From: Malassezia furfur
Taxonomy: Eukaryota
Assembly (NCBI GenBank): GCA_052055015.1
Contig: JBQJIT010000039.1
Length of the DNA: 45,368 nucleotides
Strand: one strand, 5' to 3'
Numbering within the stretch: position 1 is the first letter of the stretch; the number at the start of each line of letters is the position of its first letter. Both the position numbers and the translations under genes were made by a program. The notes beneath the pieces are model-generated. The model saw only the letters and a program-made list of their open reading frames with translations, searched no databases and was not told the origin of the DNA. Below, in pieces: positions 1-11,127 of this stretch.

Positions 1-1972
1 CGTGTAGTCCACATGAAGGTATTCACCACCGGTCCAAAAGTCTGCGTCAGTGCGGCAACGTACCCAAACAGTTGCCCAGGGCCCCCTTGTCGAACGGGTT
101 GGCCGCTGCGCGCGAGCGCTTCAGGCCCTGTCCGCCCTTCCCGCGCGTGTAGAGATCGAGCCCGACGATGGACAGTAGCGAGGCACCCATCCCTGTGCAC
201 AAGCCCCACAGCGTCCGTTTCTTACGGTGCGCGCACCCGTGCAGCTGTTGGTGGATGTCCTCGCGACGCATGCCAGCGGCCACCATGCGCTCGGTCTGCT
301 GCTCGATGAAGCCCGCCTGGGCACTCATGTTGGTGTCGCCGCGGCCACCCATGAACCCGTAGCGTCCCACGTTGCTCGCCTCGAGCGTGGTCAACTGCCG
401 CGAAATTTGCGCAAGCTGCATCACGAGCAAGATGAGGAGCCAGGCGTCCACGAGGAGGATCCACAGACTGCTGCACAGCAGCGGCCCGTGGAAGTTGGCG
501 GCGGCAAACAGCCACGGCACCGCAAATCGATCACGGTGCTGTGCCCAAATGCTTGCAGGCAGGTTGTCACGGAAATCTGGGTGAGCGCGCGACGTACATT
601 GGTACACAAGACTCAGGTACACAGGGATGCCCGCTTCAGCGGCCGCGACCATAACGATAAAGGGGCGGTGGTTGCCCAGCCCGACGCAGTTGGCAATCCA
701 CGGGCAGTGGTGGTCATGGCGCGGGATGCATGTATCGCACAGGTGGCAGTGCTTGGAGCGCAGCGGGCGGCGCGCAAGGCAATGCACGCAGTACGTCATG
801 CCCGTCAGCATCCCGCGCGACGCCAGAAGGTTGACTTCGTCCTGGCGCTCCGCCGGTGACGCCGGCGTATGACAGTGACCCGGCGAGACGGTGGCGCACC
901 ACCCCAGTGTTCCAACGACCGTGGACAGCAGCACACCCACCAACGCATGCCGAACGAGATAGGCGCGTGTATTCGGCGCCACTTCAATCGTCCACATGAG
1001 AAACAGCCAGCCCAGCGACAGCGAGAGCAGCGAGAGGAAGTAGGGCGACTTCTTCATCGCGTTCGGGATGCGCCGATCCAGCACGTACAGTCCCATCGCG
1101 ACGTGCATGACGGCAACGCCGGCGCAGAACGCCGGGGTGGCCAGGAACCAGGGCAGGTGCGGCACGCCGAAGAACAATGCGCCAAACCAGGCAAACGGAA
1201 GCACAAACAGGAGGACACGCAGCATCCGTGGCCCAATGATGCGGTGCACGGCGTGCCCATGCGTGTCGCGACCGAGGGCATAGAGCGCACTGTTGTAGGC
1301 GAGCAGCGTCTGCAGTTCTTCGGCCATGTCGCGTGCCGTCTTCCCCTCATGGTCCTTGGCGTGCAAGTCCGCGCCATAGGAGATGATGCGCTCAATGCAC
1401 AGCTTACTACCGCGTACCACCGCCCAGTGCAGCGGGGTGAGGCCCGACTCGTCGCGCGTGTCGACACTGGCGCCATGCTTCAGCAGGACGTCGACCGACA
1501 ACGCATCGCCCTGGAACGCGGCCCACATGAGCGACGTATGTCCCTGTAGGTCCTGTAGGTCTACTCCCGCGGGCGTCGCAAAGGGCCCCTGCTGTAGCAC
1601 GTACACCAACGCCAAGACGAGGCTGCTGTGTGTTGCCAGATGCAACGTGTTGAAACCCTGCTTGTCCTTAAATGTGGGATCGGCGCCACGCTCGAGCAGC
1701 AGGTGCATAAGTCCGACCTGACCATTGCGCGCACACCACTGCAGCGGCGTCGCGCCGAGGTCACCGCCCGCCGCATTGACCAAGGCGCCGTGCTCGAGCA
1801 AGAACTCGCAACACGCCATGTGCCCGTTGATCGCCGCCCAGTGCAACGGCGTCACATTTTCCGCGTCGCGTGCATTCACCAGCGAGGGATCCTCTTCCAC
1901 AATGGCCGTGAGCTGTGCGAGGTCGCCGCACTGTGCGCACCGGTGCACCGAGCGCGTCGGCTCTGTCTCCAT
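1..1972 (-). CDS. AKR1: Ankyrin-repeat DHHC palmitoyltransferase Akr1 (3' end runs off the window)
   Basis: N-terminal ankyrin repeats (TPLHWAAING, TPLQWCARNG), TM segments and Cys-rich RSKHC...RHDHHCPWIANCVG. Introns at 577-597 (21 nt) and 42-63 (22 nt); removing the latter restores the Akr1-like tail NPFDKG..NCLDFWT. Confidence 0.95.
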
Positions 1973-2028
1973 CGACTTGGAATGTGGAGAAGAGGCGTGC
2001 TGGCTTGGGGTTCGCTAGCTACGCTACC

Positions 2029-3016
2029 TCACAGACGCGATGGCGGCGACGGCGGCTCACGGTCCTCGTCCTCGGTGCCCTCGACCACCGCGGCGACGTC
2101 GTTGACCGTCTCGATGACCCATGTCGCACCCTCTAGCGTCGACAGGAAATCCAGGCCGGCACGCTCCGGCCCCTGGACGTGCGCGAAACTCGGCCCAGAG
2201 CGCAGCAGGCCAAACGTGTGGCTCGTCACCTGGGGAGCGACTCCTCCCTGCGCATGCAGTGCGGCCATGTTCATCAGGCTCACGCGCACACGGTTGACCT
2301 CCCACGCCGGCTCCTCGATCTGCTTGTACATGGTCGGCGGAGCAAATAGCGGGCCGTACTCGTTCTGCAGAATGTACACGCCCAGGTCTGGGTGGGAGTG
2401 GGACAACACCTCGCGCAAACGCTGCGACTTTTCTTGGTAGATATCCTCGTACAGCGCATTGCCGACCTTTTTGACATGGTCCCATTCGCTCGCACTGATT
2501 TCACTGCGTCAGCAAACGACACGCACCGGCGGGGCTCATTGGGCATCGCTGCAGCACACTCCTTGTCCTCATCGACCATAGCACGCAGCGCAGCGAGGTT
2601 GTTGATCGCCTTGGGCGTGCCGATCAGTCCGATCGACTTGAGACCCACTTCGCGCATCAGGCACGCACGTTCCACCCGCTCCGACACGGGCCGCAGCTCA
2701 GTGGAGCCGTCGCGGCGAACAAGGTAGCGGTGCAGGCTCTGCAGACTTCCTGGCGAGTTCAGTGCAAACATGGTCGCCGTCTGGGTCAGGAATGTGCACG
2801 TACCACCACCGTCACCCATTCACCCCAGCCAATGCTGTGCTGCTGCGCACGGGCACTGATCCGCTGGAAGAGATCCTCGAGCAGCGCCGCGCGCGGGGGT
2901 CGCGCAGGCAGCCCACCAGCACCAGCGGGGATCGTCTTGTTCGCCGAGTATGCCGACGCGCGCGCAGCGTACTTGGGCGCCTTGAGCAGGGCCTTGAACG
3001 CTGGGGTCAGGGACAT
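2029..3016 (-). CDS. AhpD/carboxymuconolactone decarboxylase-like fungal protein
   Basis: Three ORF fragments join in frame via GT-AG introns at 2781-2803 and 2504-2526 (23 nt each). Motifs [24 protein letters not shown] and SHPDLG..I...YG.L resemble the fungal AhpD-like family (recalled). Confidence 0.7.
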
Positions 3017-3028
3017 GGTCAATGGGAA

Positions 3029-3036
3029 TCACGTGA
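3029..3036. promoter_or_regulatory. TCACGTGA E-box in a 43-bp divergent promoter
   Basis: Palindrome between ATG 3016 (-) and ATG 3060 (+). Confidence 0.55.
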
Positions 3037-3059
3037 GACCGCCGCCTCTTCCCTCGACC

Positions 3060-3440
3060 ATGTCGCTGCCCCGGTTCGTGGGCGTGCGCCAGGTGCGCTT
3101 GCTCCGCCCAAAGGCCGTTTCTGCGCCGCAAGTTTGCGCACGGCGGACTGCTGTCAAGACGACCGTAGCGCCCATCCCTGTCGCCCGCATGCGCGTGGAT
3201 ACGCCGTCGGTTTCCCGGACGTCGCCGATACTCTCAATGACGCGACCCAACCTCTTCCAAGCGCCGCAGCCGCAGGCCCAACTGAATGGCGTGCGGTTCG
3301 TGACGTACGGCTCGGAATACCAGCCTTCCCAGCGAAAGCGCAAGCGCAAGCACGGATTCATGTCGCGCCTGCGAACCAAGAACGGACGCAAGGTAATGGC
3401 TCGCCGCCGGTCAAAGGGCAAAGTCCGCGTCTCGCACTAG
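3060..3440 (+). CDS. MRPL34: Mitochondrial ribosomal protein bL34m
   Basis: Arg-rich presequence followed by [39 protein letters not shown], the L34 signature. Confidence 0.95.
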   Translation: MSLPRFVGVRQVRLLRPKAVSAPQVCARRTAVKTTVAPIPVARMRVDTPSVSRTSPILSMTRPNLFQAPQPQAQLNGVRFVTYGSEYQPSQRKRKRKHGFMSRLRTKNGRKVMARRRSKGKVRVSH

Positions 3441-3476
3441 ATACCATGCAGTCTGCTGCACTACCTGAGGGCGCAG

Positions 3477-3700
3477 CGATGTGCTATTTGCCATAATACC
3501 ATGCCGCGCTACGTCTACAGTGTTCCTCATGACCCCGTAGCATGCTACCATGGAAGAAACCGTAGCGGCTTCTGCGCCTGAGCCACGCTCTCACCTGGCC
3601 ACCTGGCCTCATGTTACCTCGCTAGCTTGTTTTGTTGTCTGTATGGCCTCGCGGGCACGGCCCCTGAGCCGAGCCAGCTTGCCGAGGTGCCGCACCATCT
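3477..3700 (-). ncRNA. Candidate H/ACA-like structured RNA
   Basis: Minus strand: 5' hairpin (3698-3643), A-rich linker with ANANNA (AGACAA, 3640-3635), branched 3' domain closed by GCUA/UAGC, then ACA (3482-3480). G-U pairs favour the minus strand. No target identified. Confidence 0.35.
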
Positions 3701-3761
3701 TCTTCGCGAAGCCACGTGCGTTACGAAATTTTGGCCAGTCGGTCCGTGCTTTTGCAGTACC

Positions 3762-5280
3762 ATGTCGCTTCCCGCTAGTCATGAAGTCCTAACGTTCCTT
3801 GCGGATCCGAATCCGCAGGTGCGACAACTTGCGATGTCGCATGTCGTCGGCTTCAGTGCGAAAGACAGCCCCAGCCGCTCGCTCCTCGTCGACAAGTTGA
3901 CTGACCCCGAAGGACAGCCCCTCCGCATCTGGGATGGGTCTGAGCTGAACGTCGTCGAGCAGATCAAGGAGCTGTGCCACGACCAGCCCGTATGTGTAGA
4001 TGTCTGACGCAGCTCACAATGCATGATGCACTGAGTGCTCTGATCAACCTCTCCGATAGCCCCTCGGTGGCGCTGCGGATCGGTGACGAAGAGTTTCTGC
4101 GATTCTTGGTCGCGTACATTGGCGTACGTACATGCATACTAACAGCAGGATTCGGTGTCACTTTTGGCAGACCTCGCGTGCATGCTCCTGTCCAATCTGA
4201 CCAAGTTTGAGCCAGTGTGTGCGCGTCTTCTTAACCTGGAGGTGGAAGACCGTCCATTCTACTCCTTCTTGTCCCCGCTAGACCTGCAGCTGTCGTTGAG
4301 TGGAATGGATGCAGACCCCAACGACCCCGACTATGAAGAGCGCAAGCGGATCACCGCCGAGGCCACCGAACGGTTGAGCAAGTCGGTGCGGGTAACCGAG
4401 GCGGTCAAGATGCCAGCCCTCATCAAGCTGCTCCGTGCGTTTGAGGAAGGTGCGTCGGTGGAGTCGAGCAGCGCAAGTGCTTCCAACATGCGCGAGCGTA
4501 TTGCGGACACCAAGCGAGATGGAAATGAGCGTCCTGTCGACATCAATGCCCAGGGGCGTCCTGAGGTGCGGCGCAAGTCGGACTGCAACTTCTTGGCCAG
4601 TGTCTTTGCGAATGTGACGGTTCTGCCGCGCGGGCGCGAATTCTTTGTGCAGCCGATTGTAGACGGCGACAAGACGTCTGCCGATGCCTATCCGGTTGGG
4701 CGCATCATGGTGTACACCGAACATGCCAACCTCATTCGCCGTGGTGGTGTGATCAGTGCGCTGAAAAACATCCTGTTCATCAAGCACGCTCACAAAATGC
4801 TGCTGGCACCTGCACCGGCAATGAAAGGCTATGAGGATCATGCGGCGCCCGTGGATGTGCTTCCCTATGTGCTGATGCCGCTCATCGACGGCAAGGAGCT
4901 GAGCAAGGTCGACCTCGAGGACCAGGAGGATCTGCCGGCCGTGTGCCAGCTTGTGCCAGAGGACAAGCCACGCGAGCCAGACACGGCACTGCGTATGATG
5001 TTGATCGAGTGTCTTCTTCTGCTGTGTACCTCGTTGTACGGCCGTGAGAGTCTGCGGCGCCGCGGCGTGTACATTGTGGTTCGCGAAGCCCACCTGGCCG
5101 AGCACAATGAGGAGGTGCGTTTGTGCACGACTGACACAGATTACCGAAGCCATTGCCCGCCTCGTCAACCTACTTAAGCGCGAGGAGTCCGAAGCAACGC
5201 AGCGCGAGGCTGAGGAGGACGTCGAGTTTGCCGAGGAGGCGGAGGAGGACGACGAGGACCTGCAGCTGGAGGTGTTGTAA
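3762..5280 (+). CDS. HGH1: Hgh1/FAM203 eEF2 chaperone
   Basis: LINLS, ADLACMLLSNL, FLASVFANVT, RRGGVISALKN and REPD..LR.MLIECLLLLC motifs, plus an acidic tail. Introns 3990-4012, 4124-4148 and 5115-5139. Confidence 0.93.
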
Positions 5281-5331
5281 TTTCCCTAGATCGTACAATC
5301 GGGCTTTTTTTCTGAAACTACTCGCACGACC

Positions 5332-6157
5332 ATGGGCGACGGACGCGGCCAACAGAGTGCGCCCGCCTGGCTGATGGACTTTACGTCCAATGCTGCCGAG
5401 ACGTTTGTCACTGCGTACTATGCGGCAGCAGACTCGCCACAGCGCGCACAGCTCCTGCCGTCGCTCTACCTCCCTACCTCGTCGATCGCGTGGAATGGCA
5501 ATCCCATCAGCGGCGCGGCGCAGTTCGCGCAGTTGTTGGACGCGCAGCCCGGCTCTCAGCACGAAATCCAGTCGTTTGACTGCCATCCACTCGGCACGAT
5601 GAGTGCATCAGGTGCGTACCAACGTGGCGCATAGCCCGCTGGGCAAGGTCACGACGAGGCAGCCCACCTCTCTCGTGCCTGCCTGGGCGACATTGCCGTG
5701 CTCTTGTAAGGACTCGGTGTGCTCATGTTCAACGCGCGCTAGAGTAGTATGCAGAGCCGACATGCGCCACATTTGCACGCTGAACACGCTTACGCCAGAC
5801 CGTCGCGACGCGCCGTCGCTCCTGCTTGTCGTGTCAGGCACCGTCGCCCACTACACCCCCGAGAGCCTCGCGACGAACGCGAGCAGCGCGCCCAAGTCGG
5901 CGACTACGCCCGCGTCGGCGGCCGCGAGCAAACGCAAGTTTGATGCGGATGCGCCGCTGTCGACGCATCCCCGCGTGTTCAGCCAGTCGTTTGTACTGGT
6001 CAACGGCAACGGCAGCAACACCGAGGGCGGTGTGCCATTCGTATGGACGCAGTCGCGCTCCGTGTCCAAAGGCAAGTCGTCCTCGGCAGACACCGACGGC
6101 CAAAAAACCGTTGCGCGGTACTTTATCCAGGCTGACGCGCTGCGATTCGTAGGCTGA
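5332..6157 (+). CDS. NXT1: NTF2-like export protein (Nxt1/Mtr2 family)
   Basis: AETFV..YY, WNGNPI, HEIQSFDCHP, LLVVSG and RVFSQSFVL motifs of the NTF2 fold. One 187-nt intron (5612-5798) joins the two frames. Confidence 0.85.
5634..5765 (+). ncRNA. Intronic H/ACA-like guide RNA, putative U1 snRNA Psi6 guide
   Basis: Two hairpins (5634-5688 and 5700-5757), each followed by ACA (5690, 5760). The hairpin-2 pocket is AGG/AGUAU, 14 nt from the terminal ACA. The H box is imperfect (ACAUUG). Confidence 0.6.
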
Positions 6158-6200
6158 TCCTCACTTGTACTACTACCACTATTACCAATCCTGTGGGCGT

Positions 6201-7366
6201 CTACGTGCGCCGGTCAATCGAGCCGTATGATGGGTCGGGGTTGTGCACCGTGACGCCCTCGAGCTCTGGCGCGCGGCGCTCGCGGTTGGCATACGCGGCG
6301 TTCAACTCGTCCTGCTCGCGCGACGGCGGCACCTCGACTTCCACCTCGTGCGCCTGCTGTCCGCCGGGGTGCGTGTGGCAGATGATCAGGAAGCGGTTCT
6401 TGATCAGTCCCGGGACCACTAGCGAGACGGTGCGCACGAACATCGACGTGAACATCACGATCGACATCGAAAACGGACGCGAGCGCGGGCCGAGCACGGG
6501 GATGGACTTGAGGCCCAGCACGGAGGCGTCGAGGTACATCGACGCAAGGTACACGCTCACGTCCGTGTTCATGCCCACCCACACGGCGAGGAGGATGCCG
6601 AGGATAACCTGGACACCGATCGCGTATCCGAGCGAGTGACTCAGGTGATCGTAGCCACGCCACGGATCGCGCACCCAGTCGTTGTCGAGGAAGAGCTGCT
6701 GCCAAAACAGCTGGTGGATCACCAAGACGGTCATCAATCTGGGTCAGTAGGCGGCACGTACTTGTTCGGGATGTGCACGAGGAACAGCTCGAATGGGTGC
6801 ACCCAGCGCGGACGGTACTTGGCGCGCAGCACCGCAAAGTTGACCAGCGACAGCACACCGACACCGGCCAAGATATAGCAGCCGATGGTCGTGGTGAGGG
6901 GCGTGTCGAGAACGAACAGGATGAACCAGAGCGCCATGAGGTAGTTTTCCACGGCAAGGCGCGAGCCCGTGGTGCGCACGATACAGCGCTGCGTGTGCGC
7001 ATTCTGCGAAATGACGGCGAGCATGCAAAAGCCGACCTGGAACAAAAAGAGTACAAAGATGTACATCAGGAACATCTTGGGCGCCGCGGTGATCAGTGTC
7101 GGGTGGCTCGTGAACACGTCGCTGATCGACGGCACGATCATCACGCCGACGATCGCCGACACGATGCAGCACAACACGCTGAGTGGCGTGTTCATCTGGA
7201 GAAACACGAGCGAGCGCCGCTCACGCGGGTTGAGCGGCAGCGACGGCGCCTCCTCTTCCTCCTGCTGTTGCTGATGGTGCTCACGCTGCTGTCTGTTCGA
7301 CATCGGCGGCGGGGACTGCGACATCGGCTCGCGCGGCAGCAGCCGCTCTTCCTCCTCCCGCGCCAT
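6201..7366 (-). CDS. Multi-pass membrane protein of unknown function
   Basis: About 7 hydrophobic segments and an N-terminal EEERLL dileucine-like motif. Intron 6739-6761 (23 nt) joins the two ORFs. Confidence 0.8.
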
Positions 7367-7423
7367 TTCGACGCAGCACGTTGGCCCGTACGCGGGGTGG
7401 GGCGCGCGGGCGAAAGTTTCGTG

Positions 7424-7431
7424 CACGTGAC
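7424..7431. promoter_or_regulatory. CACGTGAC E-box in a divergent promoter
   Basis: Lies between ATG 7366 (-) and ATG 7496 (+). Confidence 0.5.
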
Positions 7432-7495
7432 ACCATGCATGCTCGAGTGATAAGTCGAACGTGCGCGGCGGTGGACGGCCTTTTCGACGACGGCC

Positions 7496-9516
7496 ATGCC
7501 TGCGAGCTCGAAGGATTCCAAGGGAAAAGGGGTGGCTCCGACCTCGTCGGAGCAGGAGGAGCGCCCCGAGATGCCCGCGCGCACGCAGTCGGGCAATGTG
7601 GTTCCGGAGCTCGACGAGCATCCCCTTCCCGACGAGCACAAGGCCAAAATTGTTGAGAAATAGTAAGTCGCCTGGTGCGGATCTGACCCAGCCTTGTTCG
7701 CCCCGACTCTGCCTCGGAGGTGTCCGAATCGCAGGAAGATGGCCAGGATGAGCCGACTGAGCAAACGAACCGCTCGGGCTTTGCCGGCGCGAATGCAAGC
7801 GCCATCTCAGGCTACGTCGGCGACGAAGAAGAGTACCAGGGTGCGCACCACACGCTCGGCGGTGCCATCACGGATGACCTGTACCGATGGGCACACCAGA
7901 ACAAGCGCCCGCGCCGCCCGCGCAGCGAGAGCATGCACGCCATTAATACAAGCTCCATCGAGGCGCCCGTGGACCGCGACCTAATCAAGCAGCCGGGCGG
8001 GTTCCGGCGTACCTTTGTGCTGAACCAGGCCGCGGAGCAGGGAAAGGCGCCGCCGCGTGCGCTGCGCAGTTTTGTTGACTTCCTCATGCTCTACGGGCAC
8101 TTTGCCGGTGAGCATCTCGAGGACCTCGAGTCCGAGGTGGTCGATGCATTTGAAGACACGCAGGGCGGCGACGATACCCGTGCCGCGTCCGTGGCCGGCT
8201 ATGCGCCGGGCCAGGGCACGGGCGAATCGTCGCAGTTGCTCGTGCATAACGTGCACGGTGAGATTCCCGCCTTCCGCCCTCGGCCGCGCCGCAAGCAGGG
8301 CGAGGCGACCGTATTGGATGCAGTGCTGATGCTTCTCAAGTCGTTTGTGGGCACGGGCATCCTGTTCTTGGGCAAGGCGTTTTTCAATGGCGGTATTCTC
8401 TTCTCAACGGCGGTGCTGTGTGCCATCGCGATCATCTCGCTGTGGTCGTTCCTGCTGCTGGTCAAGGTGAACTTGAAATACCCCGTGGGCTTTGGTGACA
8501 TGGGCGGCCTGCTGTATGGCCCGCGCATGCGCCAGGCGATTCTCTTCTCCATCGTGTTCTCGCAGCTGGGCTTTGTCGCTACGTACACCGTGTTCATCGC
8601 CGAAAACACCCAGTCGTTCGTGCTGTCGATCACCGAGTGTCGCACCAAGATTTCGATTGGTTTCTTGATCTTTTTGCAGTGTCTCGTGTTCCTGCCGCTG
8701 AGCTTGGTGCGCCGCATTGCGAAGCTGTCGTCGGCTGCGCTGGTCGCCGACGTGTTCATTCTCGCCGGCATCTTCTACCTATTCTACTACGAAATCGACC
8801 ACCTGATTACCGACGGCATGGCCAAAGTCGTCTTGTTCAACCGCGTCGACTTCCCTCTGCTGATTGGCACGGCGGTGTTCACGTTCGAAGGCATTGGACT
8901 GGTGATTCCCATCACAGACAGCATGAAGGAGCCGCAGAAGTTCCCGCGTGCCCTGACGGGCGTCATGATCGGCGTGATGCTGCTCTTCTCCTCTGCAGGT
9001 GTACTGTCCTACGCAACGTTTGGAAGCGATGTTCAGACGGTCGTCTTCTCGAACCTGCCGCGCGACTCGCGCTTTGTGCAGGCGATCCAGGTGCTCTACT
9101 CGCTCGCCATCCTGCTGTCGCTGCCGCTGCAGCTCTTCCCCGCACTGTCCATCCTAGAGCTGGGTCTGTTCCGCCGCAGCGGGAAGTACGACTGGCGGAT
9201 TAAGATGGAGAAGAACTTCTTCCGCTTCCTGGTGGTGATCTTCTCGATGTTGTGTGCGTGGGTCGGCGCAGACGACCTGGACAAATTCGTGAGTCTGATC
9301 GGCTCCGTGGCCTGCGTTCCGCTCGCGTTTGTCTACCCGCCACTGCTGCATCTGCGCGGCGTTGCCCGGACACGCACGGAGCGTGTGCTCGACATTACAT
9401 TGGCTGTGTTTGGTGTCGGCTGTGCCGTGTTTGCCGGAGGGCAGACGTTGCAGCTCATGCTCTCCCCCTCGGGTGAGAAGCAGGAGCCGGTGTGTATCCC
9501 ACCGAACCATGCATAG
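7496..9516 (+). CDS. AVT3: Vacuolar amino acid transporter Avt3/Avt4 (Aa_trans family)
   Basis: PGGFRR, LYGHFAGE, LLKSFVGTGILFL, FTFEGIGLVIPI and LQLFPA motifs. Exon 1 starts at ATG 7496; intron 7663-7691 (29 nt). Confidence 0.93.
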
Positions 9517-9556
9517 AATATCAAGACGAAATGTGATATAGGGACTATAGACAAAA

Positions 9557-9785
9557 GAATGTACGACAAGACCTTGCGACACCGCTCATGGGAAGGCACG
9601 AACACCGTTCCTGCTGCCGTGACGCACCCAGCCCCATCATCCCACTCCCGGCAAGCCGGGCTGGTATGACTCTCCGACTACTCTACGACCTCACACAATC
9701 ATAGAGAGACGGCTTGCGCACGCCCGGTTCTATTGAGAAGGTGCTTTTATAGTAGTCGGGGTCTATTGCCATTTGGCAATGAAGC
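9557..9785 (-). ncRNA. Candidate orphan H/ACA RNA, divergent from ERG25
   Basis: Minus strand: ~95-nt hairpin (9763-9668) with a GCAA loop, H box AUACCA (9667-9662), G(CUUG)C hairpin (9660-9647), long 3' hairpin (9640-9563), then ACA (9562-9560). Confidence 0.45.
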
Positions 9786-9833
9786 GTTAAAGAAAAAAGT
9801 AGCCGCGTGCGTGTCAGGCAGCCGATCTTATCA

Positions 9834-9849
9834 CACGTGACGCCACGTG
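9834..9849. promoter_or_regulatory. Double E-box CACGTGAC-GC-CACGTG upstream of ERG25
   Basis: Two CACGTG cores 10 bp apart (one helical turn). Confidence 0.55.
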
Positions 9850-9966
9850 GTGGCGGAAATCGCACGATTTTGCACGAGGTTGGTCAAACCACGCGATGGG
9901 CGGCGGCACCCTTTAAAATTGCCCAAGAAGCCCAAGCTCGGAGCTTCACCACCACCTTTCGCGCTC

Positions 9967-10980
9967 ATGAACCAAACTCTGGGCACGTTCACGGAAGCGA
10001 TTACGGGGCACCCTACCCCCGCTTCGGTACTCTATGAGGGGCTGAATATGGCGTCGCTGTCGTGGGCCGAGAAGCTGTGGGTGCAGTGGTACCAGTACTG
10101 GGAGAACCCGGTCATCGCGACAGGTGTGATGAGCTTCCTGCTCCACGAGATCGTCTATTTTGGACGGTCGATCCCCTGGATCATCATCGACATGATTCCG
10201 TCGATGCGCAAGTACAAGCTGCAGCCCGGCAAGGTGCCCACTCTCGCCGAACAGTGGCGCTGCACCAAGCTCGTGCTGCTGAGCCACTTCACCGTGGAGC
10301 TGCCGCAGATTTGGAGCTTCCACCCGATCTGCGAGTACTTTGGTATGACCACGCATGAGGTGCCTTTCCCGCCGTGGTACAAGATGGCGTGGCAGATTGG
10401 TCTCTTCTTTGTGTTTGAGGACACGTTCCACTACTTTGCACACCGCGCGCTCCACTGGGGCCCGCTGTACAAGCACATTCACAAGGTGCACCACGAGTTT
10501 AGCGCGCCGTTTGGTCTTGCGGCCGAGTACGCCCACCCGCTGGAGGTGCTGATCCTTGGTATGGGCACGATTGGTGCGCCGTTCCTGCTGTGCGCCTTTA
10601 CCAAGGACCTGCACATCCTTACCGTGTACATTTGGATTGTCTTGCGCCTGTTCCAGGCCGTGGACGCGCACTCGGGCTACGACTTCCCGATCAGCCTGCA
10701 CAACTGGTTGCCGTTCTGGGCCGGTGCGGACCACCACGACTACCACCACATGGCCTTCCTTGGCTGCTACTCGACCAGCTTCCGCTGGTGGGACCACTTC
10801 CTTGGCACGGACCGTGGCTACAAGCGCACGCGCGCCAAGGAGCGTGCCGCCAAGGAGCGCGCCGCTAAGGAGCTCACTGAGCAGAAGCGTGCGGAAGCAC
10901 TTGGCGTCAAGCCGGCAGGGGAGGCGGACGTCACCGCGACCATCACGGCCACGGCGCTGCCCGCCAAGGCGGCGGCCTAA
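9967..10980 (+). CDS. ERG25: C-4 methylsterol oxidase
   Basis: His boxes HRALH, HKVHH and HHDYHH, plus APFGLAAEYAHP and DAHSGYDFP. Confidence 0.97.
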   Translation: MNQTLGTFTEAITGHPTPASVLYEGLNMASLSWAEKLWVQWYQYWENPVIATGVMSFLLHEIVYFGRSIPWIIIDMIPSMRKYKLQPGKVPTLAEQWRCTKLVLLSHFTVELPQIWSFHPICEYFGMTTHEVPFPPWYKMAWQIGLFFVFEDTFHYFAHRALHWGPLYKHIHKVHHEFSAPFGLAAEYAHPLEVLILGMGTIGAPFLLCAFTKDLHILTVYIWIVLRLFQAVDAHSGYDFPISLHNWLPFWAGADHHDYHHMAFLGCYSTSFRWWDHFLGTDRGYKRTRAKERAAKERAAKELTEQKRAEALGVKPAGEADVTATITATALPAKAAA

Positions 10981-11127
10981 TGTGCGTCCAGCCCTCTCCA
11001 CTGCTCTCCCATACTCGCTTACTAGTGTACAATTTTTTGCCATGAGGGGTTCCTAGTTTTGATTGGCCGCGCCATCTCCACACGCTGAGCCTGTGCACGG
11101 CCCGGGTGCTCTTGGACGGTCGCCTCG

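Noticed and set aside
3505..3570. snR30/U17 m1/m2-like words (GUGUUCCU, AAACCGU) on the + strand
   Set aside because: Both are imperfect, and no ACA box lies 7 nt after the m2-like word.
10833..10871. 15-bp tandem repeat in the ERG25 tail (AKERA x2-3)
   Set aside because: Ordinary coding low-complexity repeat; not a CRISPR array or mobile element.
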